Shown here piece after piece: positions 18,607 through 27,406 of a stretch of DNA of 44,048 nucleotides (positions are counted from its first letter, which is position 1; every line of letters begins with the position of its first letter). The position numbers and the translations under genes were made by a program. This DNA is from Pseudomonadota bacterium (lineage in GTDB: Bacteria; Desulfobacterota; Desulfobulbia; Desulfobulbales; JAGXFP01), in the NCBI GenBank assembly GCA_018814305.1, contig JAHJAA010000031.1:1-44048 (forward strand), given 5' to 3'. The notes beneath the pieces were generated by a model that was given only the letters and a program-made list of their open reading frames with translations, had not been told where the DNA came from and did no database searches.

Positions 18607-19479
18607 TTGAGGAATACAATGCTGTTAATCAATAAACGTACCATCCTGACCGGCCTCGCCATCTTGACCATAGGACTCACTGGCTGCGGCAATAATCAAA
18701 CCGATCCTCAAACCGGAAACAAAGCTCCCGTGGATGCTGCCCCGGTCAAGACCGAACCAGCTGCCAAGGTTGCGTACCAGGGATCGCCACCTCCCAATCT
18801 CCCGCCCGAGCAAATTCTCACGATTACCGCCAAGGTTCTTGAGGTGCTGGATGGCGGCAGTTTTACCTTCCTGAAGATCGATTGGGACGGCAAACAACCA
18901 TGGGCTGCGGTTCCGGCCAGCGAGGTTAAAAAGGGCCAGGAAGTGACCCTGTTGAACGCGGCGGTAATCCCCAACTTCCAAAGTTCCGCCCTCCACCGGA
19001 GCTTTGATGAGATCATCTTTGCTTCCGGAATTGAAGGGGTCAACCCCAGGAATCGGCAGGCGAAAGGCGGACCACCCCGGGATATTATGGAACGCCGTTC
19101 CATGCAATTGGTCGCCGCGGCCAGATCCTTCGATGAGAAAGAAGCCCAAAGCAGTTTTTCCACCGCCCCGGCCCCGGAATATACCATCACTGAAATATAT
19201 CGGCGTCAGGCAGAACTCAAGGATACCCCTGTCCGGATCAAGGGAAAAATAATCAAAACAACCCCCGGCGCCATGGGGAAGAACTGGCTCCACATCGAAG
19301 ATGGTTCCGGCACCTCGGAACAACAGGACAACGACTTGACCGTCAACACCCTGGAAGATCTGCCGGAAAAGGGCACCGCAGTGATCGTCCAGGGGATGCT
19401 GCGAACCGAACGGGATTTCGGCGGTGGGTATAGCTATACGGCCATCGTGGAAGACGCCCACCTGAGCCTCGACCGTTAA
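18607..19479 (+). CDS. Hypothetical lipoprotein with two tandem OB-fold-like (BOF/YgiW-like) repeats
   Basis: Lipobox LTG|C. Two internally similar ~75-aa modules are present (I-x-[AG]-K-[VI]..G..[FW]L.I.DG ... KG..V ... F ... S..I.EDA). No catalytic motif is recognisable. Confidence 0.6.
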   Translation: MRNTMLLINKRTILTGLAILTIGLTGCGNNQTDPQTGNKAPVDAAPVKTEPAAKVAYQGSPPPNLPPEQILTITAKVLEVLDGGSFTFLKIDWDGKQPWAAVPASEVKKGQEVTLLNAAVIPNFQSSALHRSFDEIIFASGIEGVNPRNRQAKGGPPRDIMERRSMQLVAAARSFDEKEAQSSFSTAPAPEYTITEIYRRQAELKDTPVRIKGKIIKTTPGAMGKNWLHIEDGSGTSEQQDNDLTVNTLEDLPEKGTAVIVQGMLRTERDFGGGYSYTAIVEDAHLSLDR

Positions 19480-19512
19480 CCAGCAGGAATTGACGGCAAG
19501 GGCCAGAGCGAA

Positions 19513-20445
19513 ATGCGCTACGCGATCATCGGCCCGGGAGCCTTGGGATGTCTGCTGGCCGCAGCCCTTGGCGACCAGCATGAAGTCTGGCTTTTGGACC
19601 ATGATCCGACCAGGGCCGCGCAACTCAACCAACAACAGATTCTTCTGACCAAAAATGGCCGGGAACGACCGATTCCCATTCGCGCCACCGCCAATCCCGC
19701 CGACCTCGCCGGAATTGATTGCGGTCTGCTCTGTGTCAAGAGCAAGGCGGTGGCCCAGGCGTTGACCAGAAGCCTGCCGGGTCTTGGGGGATGCCGCCTG
19801 ATCATTGCCTTTGAGAACGGCATCGCCCATCTGGAAGTCATTCCCGCCCTCCTGCAAAAGATACCATGGGCGGTTGGAGTTACCGGGCTGGGCGCCACCC
19901 TCACCGGACCGGGTCAGATCCGTTTCGGCGGAGAGGGCCTGACCCGCATGGGTTTTCTCGCAGCAGAGCCCGATGCACCGACCATTGCCTTACTGACTGC
20001 AGTGGCCAATGATTTCCGGCAGTCCGGCCTGCCAACCGAGATTTCGATGAACATCCTCGGCCCAATCTGGGACAAACTGCTGATCAATTGCGGGATCAAT
20101 GCCCTGACCGCGATCAGAAACTGCCCCAACGGCGATCTGCTGAACGATTCGGAAACCATCTCCATGCTGACCACTGCGGTCAAAGAAGGCGAGGCCGTGG
20201 CCAAAACTCTGGGCGTTTCCATCACCCCTGACCCGGTTGAAAGGACCATGGCGGTTTGCCGGGCCACCGCCGCAAATATCTCTTCCATGCTTCAAGACGT
20301 CCGGCGGCATAGACCCACTGAAATCGACGCCATCAACGGAGCTGTGGTGCATCTGGCAGAAACACTGGGTTTGCCGTCCGAAATGAACCGGGAACTGACG
20401 CGCCAAATCAGAAATTTAGAGGAGAGCGCCCCCCTTTTTCCTTGA
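19513..20445 (+). CDS. panE: 2-dehydropantoate 2-reductase (ketopantoate reductase, ApbA/PanE family)
   Basis: The N-terminus MRYAIIGPGALGCLLAAAL is a Rossmann motif typical of ApbA, and the length and C-terminal region are consistent with the family. Confidence 0.75.
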   Translation: MRYAIIGPGALGCLLAAALGDQHEVWLLDHDPTRAAQLNQQQILLTKNGRERPIPIRATANPADLAGIDCGLLCVKSKAVAQALTRSLPGLGGCRLIIAFENGIAHLEVIPALLQKIPWAVGVTGLGATLTGPGQIRFGGEGLTRMGFLAAEPDAPTIALLTAVANDFRQSGLPTEISMNILGPIWDKLLINCGINALTAIRNCPNGDLLNDSETISMLTTAVKEGEAVAKTLGVSITPDPVERTMAVCRATAANISSMLQDVRRHRPTEIDAINGAVVHLAETLGLPSEMNRELTRQIRNLEESAPLFP

Positions 20446-20628
20446 CAAATTGCCAGGTTATGAGTCAAAAATACCCCCTTTGCGGGATGATCATATATAT
20501 ACTTTCTGATCTTTAAGAAAAAATTGCTGATCCTGCCGATTAATCCATAGTAACCGGACCATCTTACCGCAACCATGACCCCGACCTTTGCAGGGGCCGT
20601 TGTTAAATTTTAACCATGAGGCACATTC

Positions 20629-21792
20629 ATGAGTTCCCATCTTTTTACCTCCGAATCTGTTTCCGAAGGCCATCCGGATAAGGTGGCTGACCAGATTTCC
20701 GACGCCATCCTCGATGGTATTCTGACCCTGGATAAAACCGCCCGGGTCGCCTGCGAGACCATGGTCACCACCGGCATGGCCATCATCGCCGGTGAAATCA
20801 CCACCACTGCCTGGGTAGACATGCCCCAGATCGTCCGGGATACCATCAAGGAAATCGGCTACAACTCCTCCGACATGGGTTTTGACTCCCAGTCCTGTGC
20901 CGTTCTAACCAGCATCGATAAGCAATCCCCGGATATCGCCGTAGGGGTCAATGAAGGCAGTGGACTCGATCTTGACCAGGGTGCTGGGGATCAAGGGTTG
21001 ATGTTCGGCTTCGCCTGTACCGAAACCCGAGTCCTGATGCCCATGCCCATAACCTATGCCCATCGCCTGATGAAACGCCAGGCCGAGGTTCGGAAGGCAG
21101 GAAGACTCCCTTGGCTACGGCCCGATGCCAAGAGCCAGGTAACCATTGAATATGTGGATCGGAAACCCTCCCGGGTTGAGGCCATCGTCATCTCCACCCA
21201 GCATTCGCCCGACGTCAAATATGAAGATCTGAAGGAAGGGGTTATGGAGGAGATCATTAAACCGATCATCCCTGCTGACATGGTCGATAAGAACACCAAG
21301 TACTTCATCAACCCCACCGGGCGTTTCGTGATCGGCGGCCCGGTCGGTGACTGCGGGGTGACCGGTCGGAAGATCATTGTCGACACGTATGGCGGGATGG
21401 GTTCCCATGGCGGCGGCGCTTTTTCCGGCAAGGATCCGTCCAAGGTGGACCGCTCCTCCTCATACATGGGACGCTATGTAGCCAAGAATATTGTCGCGGC
21501 AGGACTCGCCACCGAGGCCGAGGTCCAGGTGGCCTACGCCATCGGCATCTCCCAACCGGTCTCAGTCAACGTCAACACCTTCGGGACCGGGGTGATCCCC
21601 GATGATCAAATCGTCAAACTGATTCTGGCCCACTTTGATCTGCGCCCCAAGGCAATCATCCAGCACTTGAACCTGCTGCGGCCCATTTATAAACAAACAG
21701 CGGCCTACGGTCATTTCGGGCGGGAACATGCCGATTTCACCTGGGAGAACACCGATAAGGCGGAGGAACTGAAAGCCGCTGCCGGCCTATAG
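20629..21792 (+). CDS. metK: S-adenosylmethionine synthetase
   Basis: Signature motifs [16 protein letters not shown] and [16 protein letters not shown] are present. The 387-aa length fits. Confidence 0.95.
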   Translation: MSSHLFTSESVSEGHPDKVADQISDAILDGILTLDKTARVACETMVTTGMAIIAGEITTTAWVDMPQIVRDTIKEIGYNSSDMGFDSQSCAVLTSIDKQSPDIAVGVNEGSGLDLDQGAGDQGLMFGFACTETRVLMPMPITYAHRLMKRQAEVRKAGRLPWLRPDAKSQVTIEYVDRKPSRVEAIVISTQHSPDVKYEDLKEGVMEEIIKPIIPADMVDKNTKYFINPTGRFVIGGPVGDCGVTGRKIIVDTYGGMGSHGGGAFSGKDPSKVDRSSSYMGRYVAKNIVAAGLATEAEVQVAYAIGISQPVSVNVNTFGTGVIPDDQIVKLILAHFDLRPKAIIQHLNLLRPIYKQTAAYGHFGREHADFTWENTDKAEELKAAAGL

Positions 21793-22003
21793 CGGGGAAA
21801 CGTCCAATAGCACCCCATCTGGTCGCGATCAGGATGGCTCGCATAGTGATACTATGGCTCGCCTTCCTGCTTGCGTCCATCTGAGGCACTCTTGAACGTT
21901 TCCAGTCAGTACCTAATTTTATTATTTTTTCTCTTGGCGAACTGATATTGAATCCTGTGATTTTAGAAATGCCATGAGACCTATTTCAGAGAGGAGTAAG
22001 TGA

Positions 22004-23311
22004 ATGTCTAATAAAGTAATTGAGACCGGCGACTATAAAGTAGCCGACATGAAACTGGCCGAGTGGGGCCGCCGTGAGGTTGCCATTGCCGAGACCGAGA
22101 TGCCGGGACTGATGGCAACCCGGGAAGAGTATGCCGGCAAACTCCCCTTGAAGGGTGCCCGAATCGCCGGTTGTCTTCACATGACCATCCAGACTGCGGT
22201 CTTGATGGAAACCCTGGTGGAGCTGGGCGCTGAAGTTCGCTGGTCGTCGTGCAATATCTTCTCCACCCAGGACCATGCCGCCGCCGCCATGGCAGCGGCC
22301 GGCATTCCCACCTTTGCCTGGAAAGGTGAAAATGAAGAGGAATTCTGGTGGTGCATTGAGCAGACCATCTTCGGGCCCGACGGCTGGGAACCCAACATGA
22401 TTCTCGATGACGGTGGCGATCTGACCCAGATCATGCATGAGAAATATCCCGAGATGATGAAAAAGATCAAGGGAATCAGTGAAGAAACCACCACCGGGGT
22501 CCATCGCTTGAATGAGATGACCGAGGCGGGGACCCTGCTGGCTCCGGCCTTCAACGTCAATGACTCGGTGACCAAATCCAAGTTCGATAACCTTTATGGT
22601 TGCCGCGAATCACTTTTGGACGGAATCAAACGAGCCACCGACGTGATGATCGCTGGCAAGGTTGCGGTGGTCTGCGGTTACGGCGACGTAGGCAAGGGCT
22701 GTGCCCAGGCCTTCCGGGGTATGGGTGCCCAGGTCATGGTCACCGAAGTGGACCCGATCTGCGCCCTTCAGGCTGCCATGGAAGGGTATCAGGTGGTGAC
22801 CATGGAACAGGCCGCCTCCAAGGGCAACATCTTCGTCACCTGTACCGGTAATCTCCGGGTGATCACCAAGGCCCATATGGAGCAGATGCCCGATCAGGCC
22901 ATCGTCTGCAATATCGGCCATTTCGACAGCGAAATCGATATCGCCGCCATCCGCAGCCTGCCCTGGGAAAACATCAAACCCCAGGTGGATCACGTGATCT
23001 TCCCCGACGGGAAGAAAATCATCGTTCTGGCCGAAGGCCGGTTGGTTAATTTAGGTTGCGCCACCGGTCACCCAAGTTTCGTGATGAGCAACTCCTTCAC
23101 CAATCAGGTCATGGCCCAGATCGAACTCTGGCAGAATCCTGGCAAGTATGAAAATAAGGTCTACTTCCTGCCTAAACACCTGGATGAGAAGGTGGCCCGT
23201 CTCCATCTCAGCAAGATCGGCGCCAACCTCACCACCCTGACCCCGGAACAGGCCAAGTATCTTGGCGTCAAGGTCGATGGCCCCTATAAGCCTGAGTATT
23301 ACCGATACTGA
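22004..23311 (+). CDS. ahcY: Adenosylhomocysteinase
   Basis: The NAD-binding region [39 protein letters not shown] is present, and the length and overall conservation fit. Together with metK it forms an activated-methyl-cycle pair. Confidence 0.95.
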   Translation: MSNKVIETGDYKVADMKLAEWGRREVAIAETEMPGLMATREEYAGKLPLKGARIAGCLHMTIQTAVLMETLVELGAEVRWSSCNIFSTQDHAAAAMAAAGIPTFAWKGENEEEFWWCIEQTIFGPDGWEPNMILDDGGDLTQIMHEKYPEMMKKIKGISEETTTGVHRLNEMTEAGTLLAPAFNVNDSVTKSKFDNLYGCRESLLDGIKRATDVMIAGKVAVVCGYGDVGKGCAQAFRGMGAQVMVTEVDPICALQAAMEGYQVVTMEQAASKGNIFVTCTGNLRVITKAHMEQMPDQAIVCNIGHFDSEIDIAAIRSLPWENIKPQVDHVIFPDGKKIIVLAEGRLVNLGCATGHPSFVMSNSFTNQVMAQIELWQNPGKYENKVYFLPKHLDEKVARLHLSKIGANLTTLTPEQAKYLGVKVDGPYKPEYYRY

Positions 23312-23331
23312 TCGATTGACCTGTTCACAAC

Positions 23332-23371
23332 AAAAAAAACCCGGAACACCTGAGTGTTTCCGGGTTTTTTG
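23332..23371. terminator. Bidirectional intrinsic terminator between ahcY (+) and the MCP gene (-)
   Basis: The element reads aaaaaaaa-cccggaa-cacctgagtgt-ttccggg-tttttt. Confidence 0.7.
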
Positions 23372-23418
23372 CTGTCAATGGATGCAGAAAACACGTCAGG
23401 GCATCCCCTTAATCACTG

Positions 23419-25020
23419 TTATGCTGCAGCCCTGGAATTTCCAAAATCACCCTCTGCGTCAAATGGAATAAAGGACTGATGGGCAATGGCCACCGGGGCC
23501 GGGTGCCGAGCCGAAGAGCGTTTTATAGCCGGGTATTTCACAACCCTGCTAAAATCCGGGCCTGCCCGATGATAGGCTATTCCCTTACTTCCGACCATGG
23601 CAATCAGATCCTGAATGGTGCCCTTCATCAATTCAGCCTGGGCGCTCAATTCCTCGGCGGCCGCAGCTGACTCCTCGGCCGTTGCGGCATTTTGCTGGGT
23701 GACCATATCCATCTCAGTGACCGCTTTATTGATTTGACCCAAACCCTGGGCCTGTTCGACCGAGGCCCCGCTGATCTCGTTGACCAACTGACTGATCTTT
23801 GCCGAACGTGAGACCAACTCACCAAAGGCTTCAGTGGTAGTTAGCAACAGGTTGCTGCTGTCATTGACTCGTTTTACCGTACCTTCGATAAGTTCTGAGG
23901 TGTTCTTGGCCGCTTCCGCCGAACGCATGGCAAGATTACGCACCTCGTCGGCCACCACTGCAAAACCGGCACCGGCTTCCCCGGCCCGGGCCGCTTCAAC
24001 CGCTGCATTCAAGGCCAACAAATTGGTCTGGAAGGCTATTTCATCGATGGTCTTGATAATTTTGAAAGTGGTCTCGCTTGCCGTGGAAACCTCATCCATG
24101 GCCTTATTCAACTCAGCCATAGAGGAATTCACCCGATCGACCACTTGCATGGTCTCCTTCATGATAGCGGCGGCTTCTTTGGCATTGCCAGCATTCTGCC
24201 TGGTCATGGAGTTGAGTTCCTCCAGCGAGGAAGAAGTCTCTTCTAAGGCGGCGGCCTGCTCTGAGGCCCCTTCCGCCAGCATCTGGCTTGAACTGGCAAC
24301 CTGACCGGAAGCCGAGGCAACCTGGGCCGAGCCGTCGTTAAGATTCTCGATGGCTCGATTCAGAGGCCGGGTTATCTGCCGGATAAGGATCACCGCAAAG
24401 GCTATCCCGAAAAAAAATACACCAAGACTGACAATTGCCATGATGGTTTTTGAATTCCGACTCTGACCGAGGGCCTCGCCGGCCACAGCGTTAGCCTCTT
24501 CCGTGTTGAGTTTTTCAAAAGCCTCCACCGCTTTTCTAAAGGTTCCGGCCGCTTCCGCAGCAGCATCAGCCCGGCCGTCTATTGCCGCCTGATTCTTCGT
24601 TGCAACGGTCTCAATCAATCTTTTGCCCTCTGCTACAAATAAATCATGGGCGGTGGCCACCTGTTCGATTCTGGTCAGCCAATTCTTTTTCACCAAGTCC
24701 TTATCCTGACTGATAATTTTTTTAATTTGCGCAAAATTCCGGTCTTCAGCTGAATCTAGCTCGTTGAAACGTCGAACGTATTGCTCTTCTCCATGCAAAG
24801 CATAGAGGTTCGCCGACATCTCCTGATCCAGAGCCGTTTGCGAGACCGACGCCGTCAAGAGGGTCAGGGGCAGATGGGTGGATTCCAGATCACTGACTCC
24901 GACATCCACCAGGATTGCCTTCCAGAAGCCAACTCCCCCGATGGTGATGGCCAGGATCACAAGAAACCCAAAACCCAATTTGATTTTCGTACCAATGGTT
25001 ACTTTATTGAAATTCAACAT
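23419..25020 (-). CDS. Methyl-accepting chemotaxis protein (TM - periplasmic 4HB-like sensor - TM - HAMP - MCP signalling domain)
   Basis: An N-terminal TM helix is followed by a ~170-aa sensor domain, a second TM helix, HAMP, and the conserved MCP signalling region (...[28 protein letters not shown]...). Confidence 0.85.
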   Translation of the reverse strand: MLNFNKVTIGTKIKLGFGFLVILAITIGGVGFWKAILVDVGVSDLESTHLPLTLLTASVSQTALDQEMSANLYALHGEEQYVRRFNELDSAEDRNFAQIKKIISQDKDLVKKNWLTRIEQVATAHDLFVAEGKRLIETVATKNQAAIDGRADAAAEAAGTFRKAVEAFEKLNTEEANAVAGEALGQSRNSKTIMAIVSLGVFFFGIAFAVILIRQITRPLNRAIENLNDGSAQVASASGQVASSSQMLAEGASEQAAALEETSSSLEELNSMTRQNAGNAKEAAAIMKETMQVVDRVNSSMAELNKAMDEVSTASETTFKIIKTIDEIAFQTNLLALNAAVEAARAGEAGAGFAVVADEVRNLAMRSAEAAKNTSELIEGTVKRVNDSSNLLLTTTEAFGELVSRSAKISQLVNEISGASVEQAQGLGQINKAVTEMDMVTQQNAATAEESAAAAEELSAQAELMKGTIQDLIAMVGSKGIAYHRAGPDFSRVVKYPAIKRSSARHPAPVAIAHQSFIPFDAEGDFGNSRAAA

Positions 25021-25038
25021 GACGTACCTCCCTCTTGA

Positions 25039-25287
25039 TCAGCTGTCAAATGACCTGCTGCCTAGTAATGATTGTTTCACCCCTTTCAGATAATGAGGGG
25101 ATTGCAGCCGTGGGGTCACTTTCTGCATCCCGATACTCTCCTTAACCTGCATGATGCCAATGCCATATTGCTCGGCTCCCAGCTCAAAGGTCAGGTATTT
25201 TCCCTCCCTGGTGCGATTTTCGAGTTGTTCAGCCATGGTTTCTCCCTTCCGATTGAACTGGCATCCCCCTGGAGGTTGTCTCAACAC
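25039..25287 (-). pseudogene. cheW: CheW-like gene remnant (N-terminal ~60 aa of a CheW domain, truncated at the junction with the MCP gene)
   Basis: KYLTFELGAEQYGIGIMQVKESIGMQKVTPRLQSPHYLKGV aligns with E. coli CheW residues ~18-60. After KGV the frame diverges and stops 19 codons before the MCP ATG in the same frame. The remaining ~100 aa of a CheW domain are absent. The true start is probably the M at 25236. Confidence 0.5.
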
Positions 25288-25733
25288 TCACAGGTCATCA
25301 CTCCTTTTTTGCCAACCTTTTCCAAACGCCCAGCCTGATTCATTTTCTTTTTCTCAATACTTCGGATGGCCGTGACTATCTCCCGGGGCAACACCGGTTT
25401 CTTATAAAAACAATCAAACTCTGGCCTCAACAACAAATCCGGCAGATCTGCATTACCAAATCCCGATACCACCAGGACCGCTATCTCCGGAAAATCCCGA
25501 TTGAGCCAGGCAATTAAGGTAAAGACGTTATACCGTGGTCCCTTGATATCAAAGAGGATTAACCCGAACTGGGTCCCAGCCTGAGCAGCTGCCAGGACCA
25601 GATCTTTGGCTACTGAAACGTCCTGACTGATATCAACTGCAAAACCCTCACGTTTCAAATGGCGTTTTATTGACTGACCCATGATTTCATGGTCAGCCAC
25701 TACCAGTATTTTTTGGATCTTAGTTAGCTTCAT
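25281..25733 (-). CDS. Stand-alone CheY-like response-regulator receiver protein
   Basis: The receiver-domain pattern (ILVVADHE..., phospho-acceptor D in LILFDIKGP, conserved K in FYKKP) is present. Its stop overlaps the CheW-remnant start. Confidence 0.75.
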   Translation of the reverse strand: MKLTKIQKILVVADHEIMGQSIKRHLKREGFAVDISQDVSVAKDLVLAAAQAGTQFGLILFDIKGPRYNVFTLIAWLNRDFPEIAVLVVSGFGNADLPDLLLRPEFDCFYKKPVLPREIVTAIRSIEKKKMNQAGRLEKVGKKGVMTCEC

Positions 25734-25817
25734 GGTTTATACGCGACCAGAATAGAGGTTCTTGCTTGTGACCAGCCCGACTCGGCTTGCACCACATTGT
25801 GGTACCACTTAAGATAA

Positions 25818-25832
25818 GCAATGGTGGTGCCA
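25818..25832 (-). promoter_or_regulatory. σ54 (RpoN) -24/-12 promoter TGGCAC-N5-TTGCT ~85 nt upstream of the CheY-like gene
   Basis: The minus strand reads 5'-TGGCACcaccaTTGCT-3' (plus-strand 25832→25818), an exact GG-N10-GC spacing with both consensus hexamers. Confidence 0.6.
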
Positions 25833-25921
25833 AAGAATAAAAAAACGCCAACAAACCACATAACTATACGAATTATTGTGTTTTTCTATTAAAAAACAAG
25901 CGATCAACAGAGGGATGGTAC

Positions 25922-26049
25922 CGACATGAATGTCGTCAAACAGGGAGTATGGAGCATTGAGGAGAGCTGGCGGGGACAGTATATTATTGCCAGAATACGG
26001 CCAAACAGGGAACGACGTAAACGTCGGACCGAAGCGACCTAAATGTCGC
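25922..26049. promoter_or_regulatory. Three CGACA-N4-6-TGTCG inverted repeats (candidate enhancer-binding-protein UAS) 90-215 bp upstream of the σ54 promoter
   Basis: The repeats are cgacaTGAAtgtcg (25922-25935), cgacgTAAAcgtcg (26013-26026) and gcgacCTAAATgtcgc (26034-26049). The last overlaps the 3' end of the NtrC-type activator gene. Confidence 0.4.
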
Positions 26050-27406
26050 CAAGCAGGGAGATCCAGCGGGAATCCTTTTTCATTTCAGCAATCTTCCGCT
26101 GAACCTGACGGACCGTGATCCCAAGGACCGCCGCCGCCTGCTTACGATCGCCTCCGGTCTGGGTGAGAACATAAGCGGTTTGCAGTTCGGCGTCCTCCTT
26201 AAGACTGCAGAGCTTTCTACCAAAGACAGGGCCCGGAACGGTTTTCCCGCCAAGGGCCTCGGGGGACACATAGGGAACATTGGTCATGAGCAACGCCGTT
26301 TCCACCTTCTGGGCCAGTTCTCGGATATTGCCCGGATAGCTCTGCCGTTGCAGGAGATCAAGGGCCTCGGGAGAAAAACCTTTGATGGTTTTGCCATGAC
26401 GCAAAGCCGCTTTTTTTAAAAAATGATCGGCAAGGAAGGGTATATCGCCCTCCCGCTCCCGGAGGGGAGGCAGATGCAGATGGATGGATTTAAGACGGTA
26501 CAAAAGATCCAGCCGGAAGGTCCCCTGCTGACAAGCTTTGTCCAGATCCGCATTAGTCGCGGCAACAATCCGGACATCCACCGTGATCGGGTGGGGATCG
26601 CCAAGCCGCGTCACCTTGCCGTCTTCCAGCACCCGCAAAAATTTGGCCTGGAGCAATGGGGAGAGTTCGCCGATTTCATCCAGAAAAAGAGTCCCGCCAT
26701 CGGCCTGTTCAAAATACCCAGGATAATCCATGGTGGCGCCGGTAAAAGCGCCTTTGACATGACCGAAAAAATGGCTCTCAAAGAGAGACTCGGATACCGA
26801 AGCAACATTCACCGGCACGTAGGGACCGCCGGGAACCGGCCCGACCTCATGAATGGCTCGAGCCAGAAGTTCCTTGCCGGTACCAGACTCCCCGGTGATC
26901 AACACCGGATTGCCACTTTTGGCCATGGTCTGGGCAAACAACAGAAGCTCCTTCATCCGGGGACAATGGGTGATAATCGGGTCAAAGGCCTCCGACAGGG
27001 TTGCAGATGTGCCAGAACTCGCTCCGGTAAGGCCACTCAACAAGGCCCGCCGTTCAAAGGCATGTTCCAGGACCAGGATCAACCTCTCATGATCAACCGG
27101 TTTGACCAGATAGTCATAGGCACCGAGCCGCAAGGCCTTGACCGCCGTATCAACGTCATCAACGGCGGTGAGCATAATGAATTCGGTATGGGGACTATAC
27201 GGCTTGGTTGCCTCCAGCACCTGCAGGCCATCCATTTCCGGCATCAGTAGATCCAGAAAGACCACATCGAAAGTTCCTGATTGAATCCGTGCCAAAGCGG
27301 CAGGAGACTGATCACATGTTTCCACATCCCGGTAGCCGCAGCGTTTTAAGAGCCTCTGCAGCGAACTCAGGGCCATTGGTTCGTCATCAACCATCAATAT
27401 CTTCAT
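26039..27406 (-). CDS. σ54-dependent Fis-family response regulator (NtrC-type: REC - AAA+ σ54-interaction - HTH)
   Basis: The REC domain reads MKILMVDDEP...VVFLDLLMPEMDG. The AAA+ domain carries VLITGESGTGKELLARAIH, the ESHFFGHVKGAFTGA (GAFTGA) motif and the arginine finger region. The C-terminal HTH reads AAAVLGITVRQVQRKI. It overlaps the kinase gene by 4 nt. Confidence 0.9.
   Translation of the reverse strand: MKILMVDDEPMALSSLQRLLKRCGYRDVETCDQSPAALARIQSGTFDVVFLDLLMPEMDGLQVLEATKPYSPHTEFIMLTAVDDVDTAVKALRLGAYDYLVKPVDHERLILVLEHAFERRALLSGLTGASSGTSATLSEAFDPIITHCPRMKELLLFAQTMAKSGNPVLITGESGTGKELLARAIHEVGPVPGGPYVPVNVASVSESLFESHFFGHVKGAFTGATMDYPGYFEQADGGTLFLDEIGELSPLLQAKFLRVLEDGKVTRLGDPHPITVDVRIVAATNADLDKACQQGTFRLDLLYRLKSIHLHLPPLREREGDIPFLADHFLKKAALRHGKTIKGFSPEALDLLQRQSYPGNIRELAQKVETALLMTNVPYVSPEALGGKTVPGPVFGRKLCSLKEDAELQTAYVLTQTGGDRKQAAAVLGITVRQVQRKIAEMKKDSRWISLLGDI

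Noticed and set aside
18625-19857. 410-aa ORF on - strand
   Set aside because: It is antisense to the lipoprotein and panE genes, which have clear family signatures, and it has no recognisable domain.
21793-22003. Possible SAH/SAM riboswitch upstream of ahcY/metK
   Set aside because: I looked for the SAH-riboswitch core (GAGGAGCGYUGC...CAGGCUCGG...AACGGCGCUC) and the SAM-I core (GGUGGAGGGA). Neither is present. Only a short direct repeat (atggctcgc x2) was seen.
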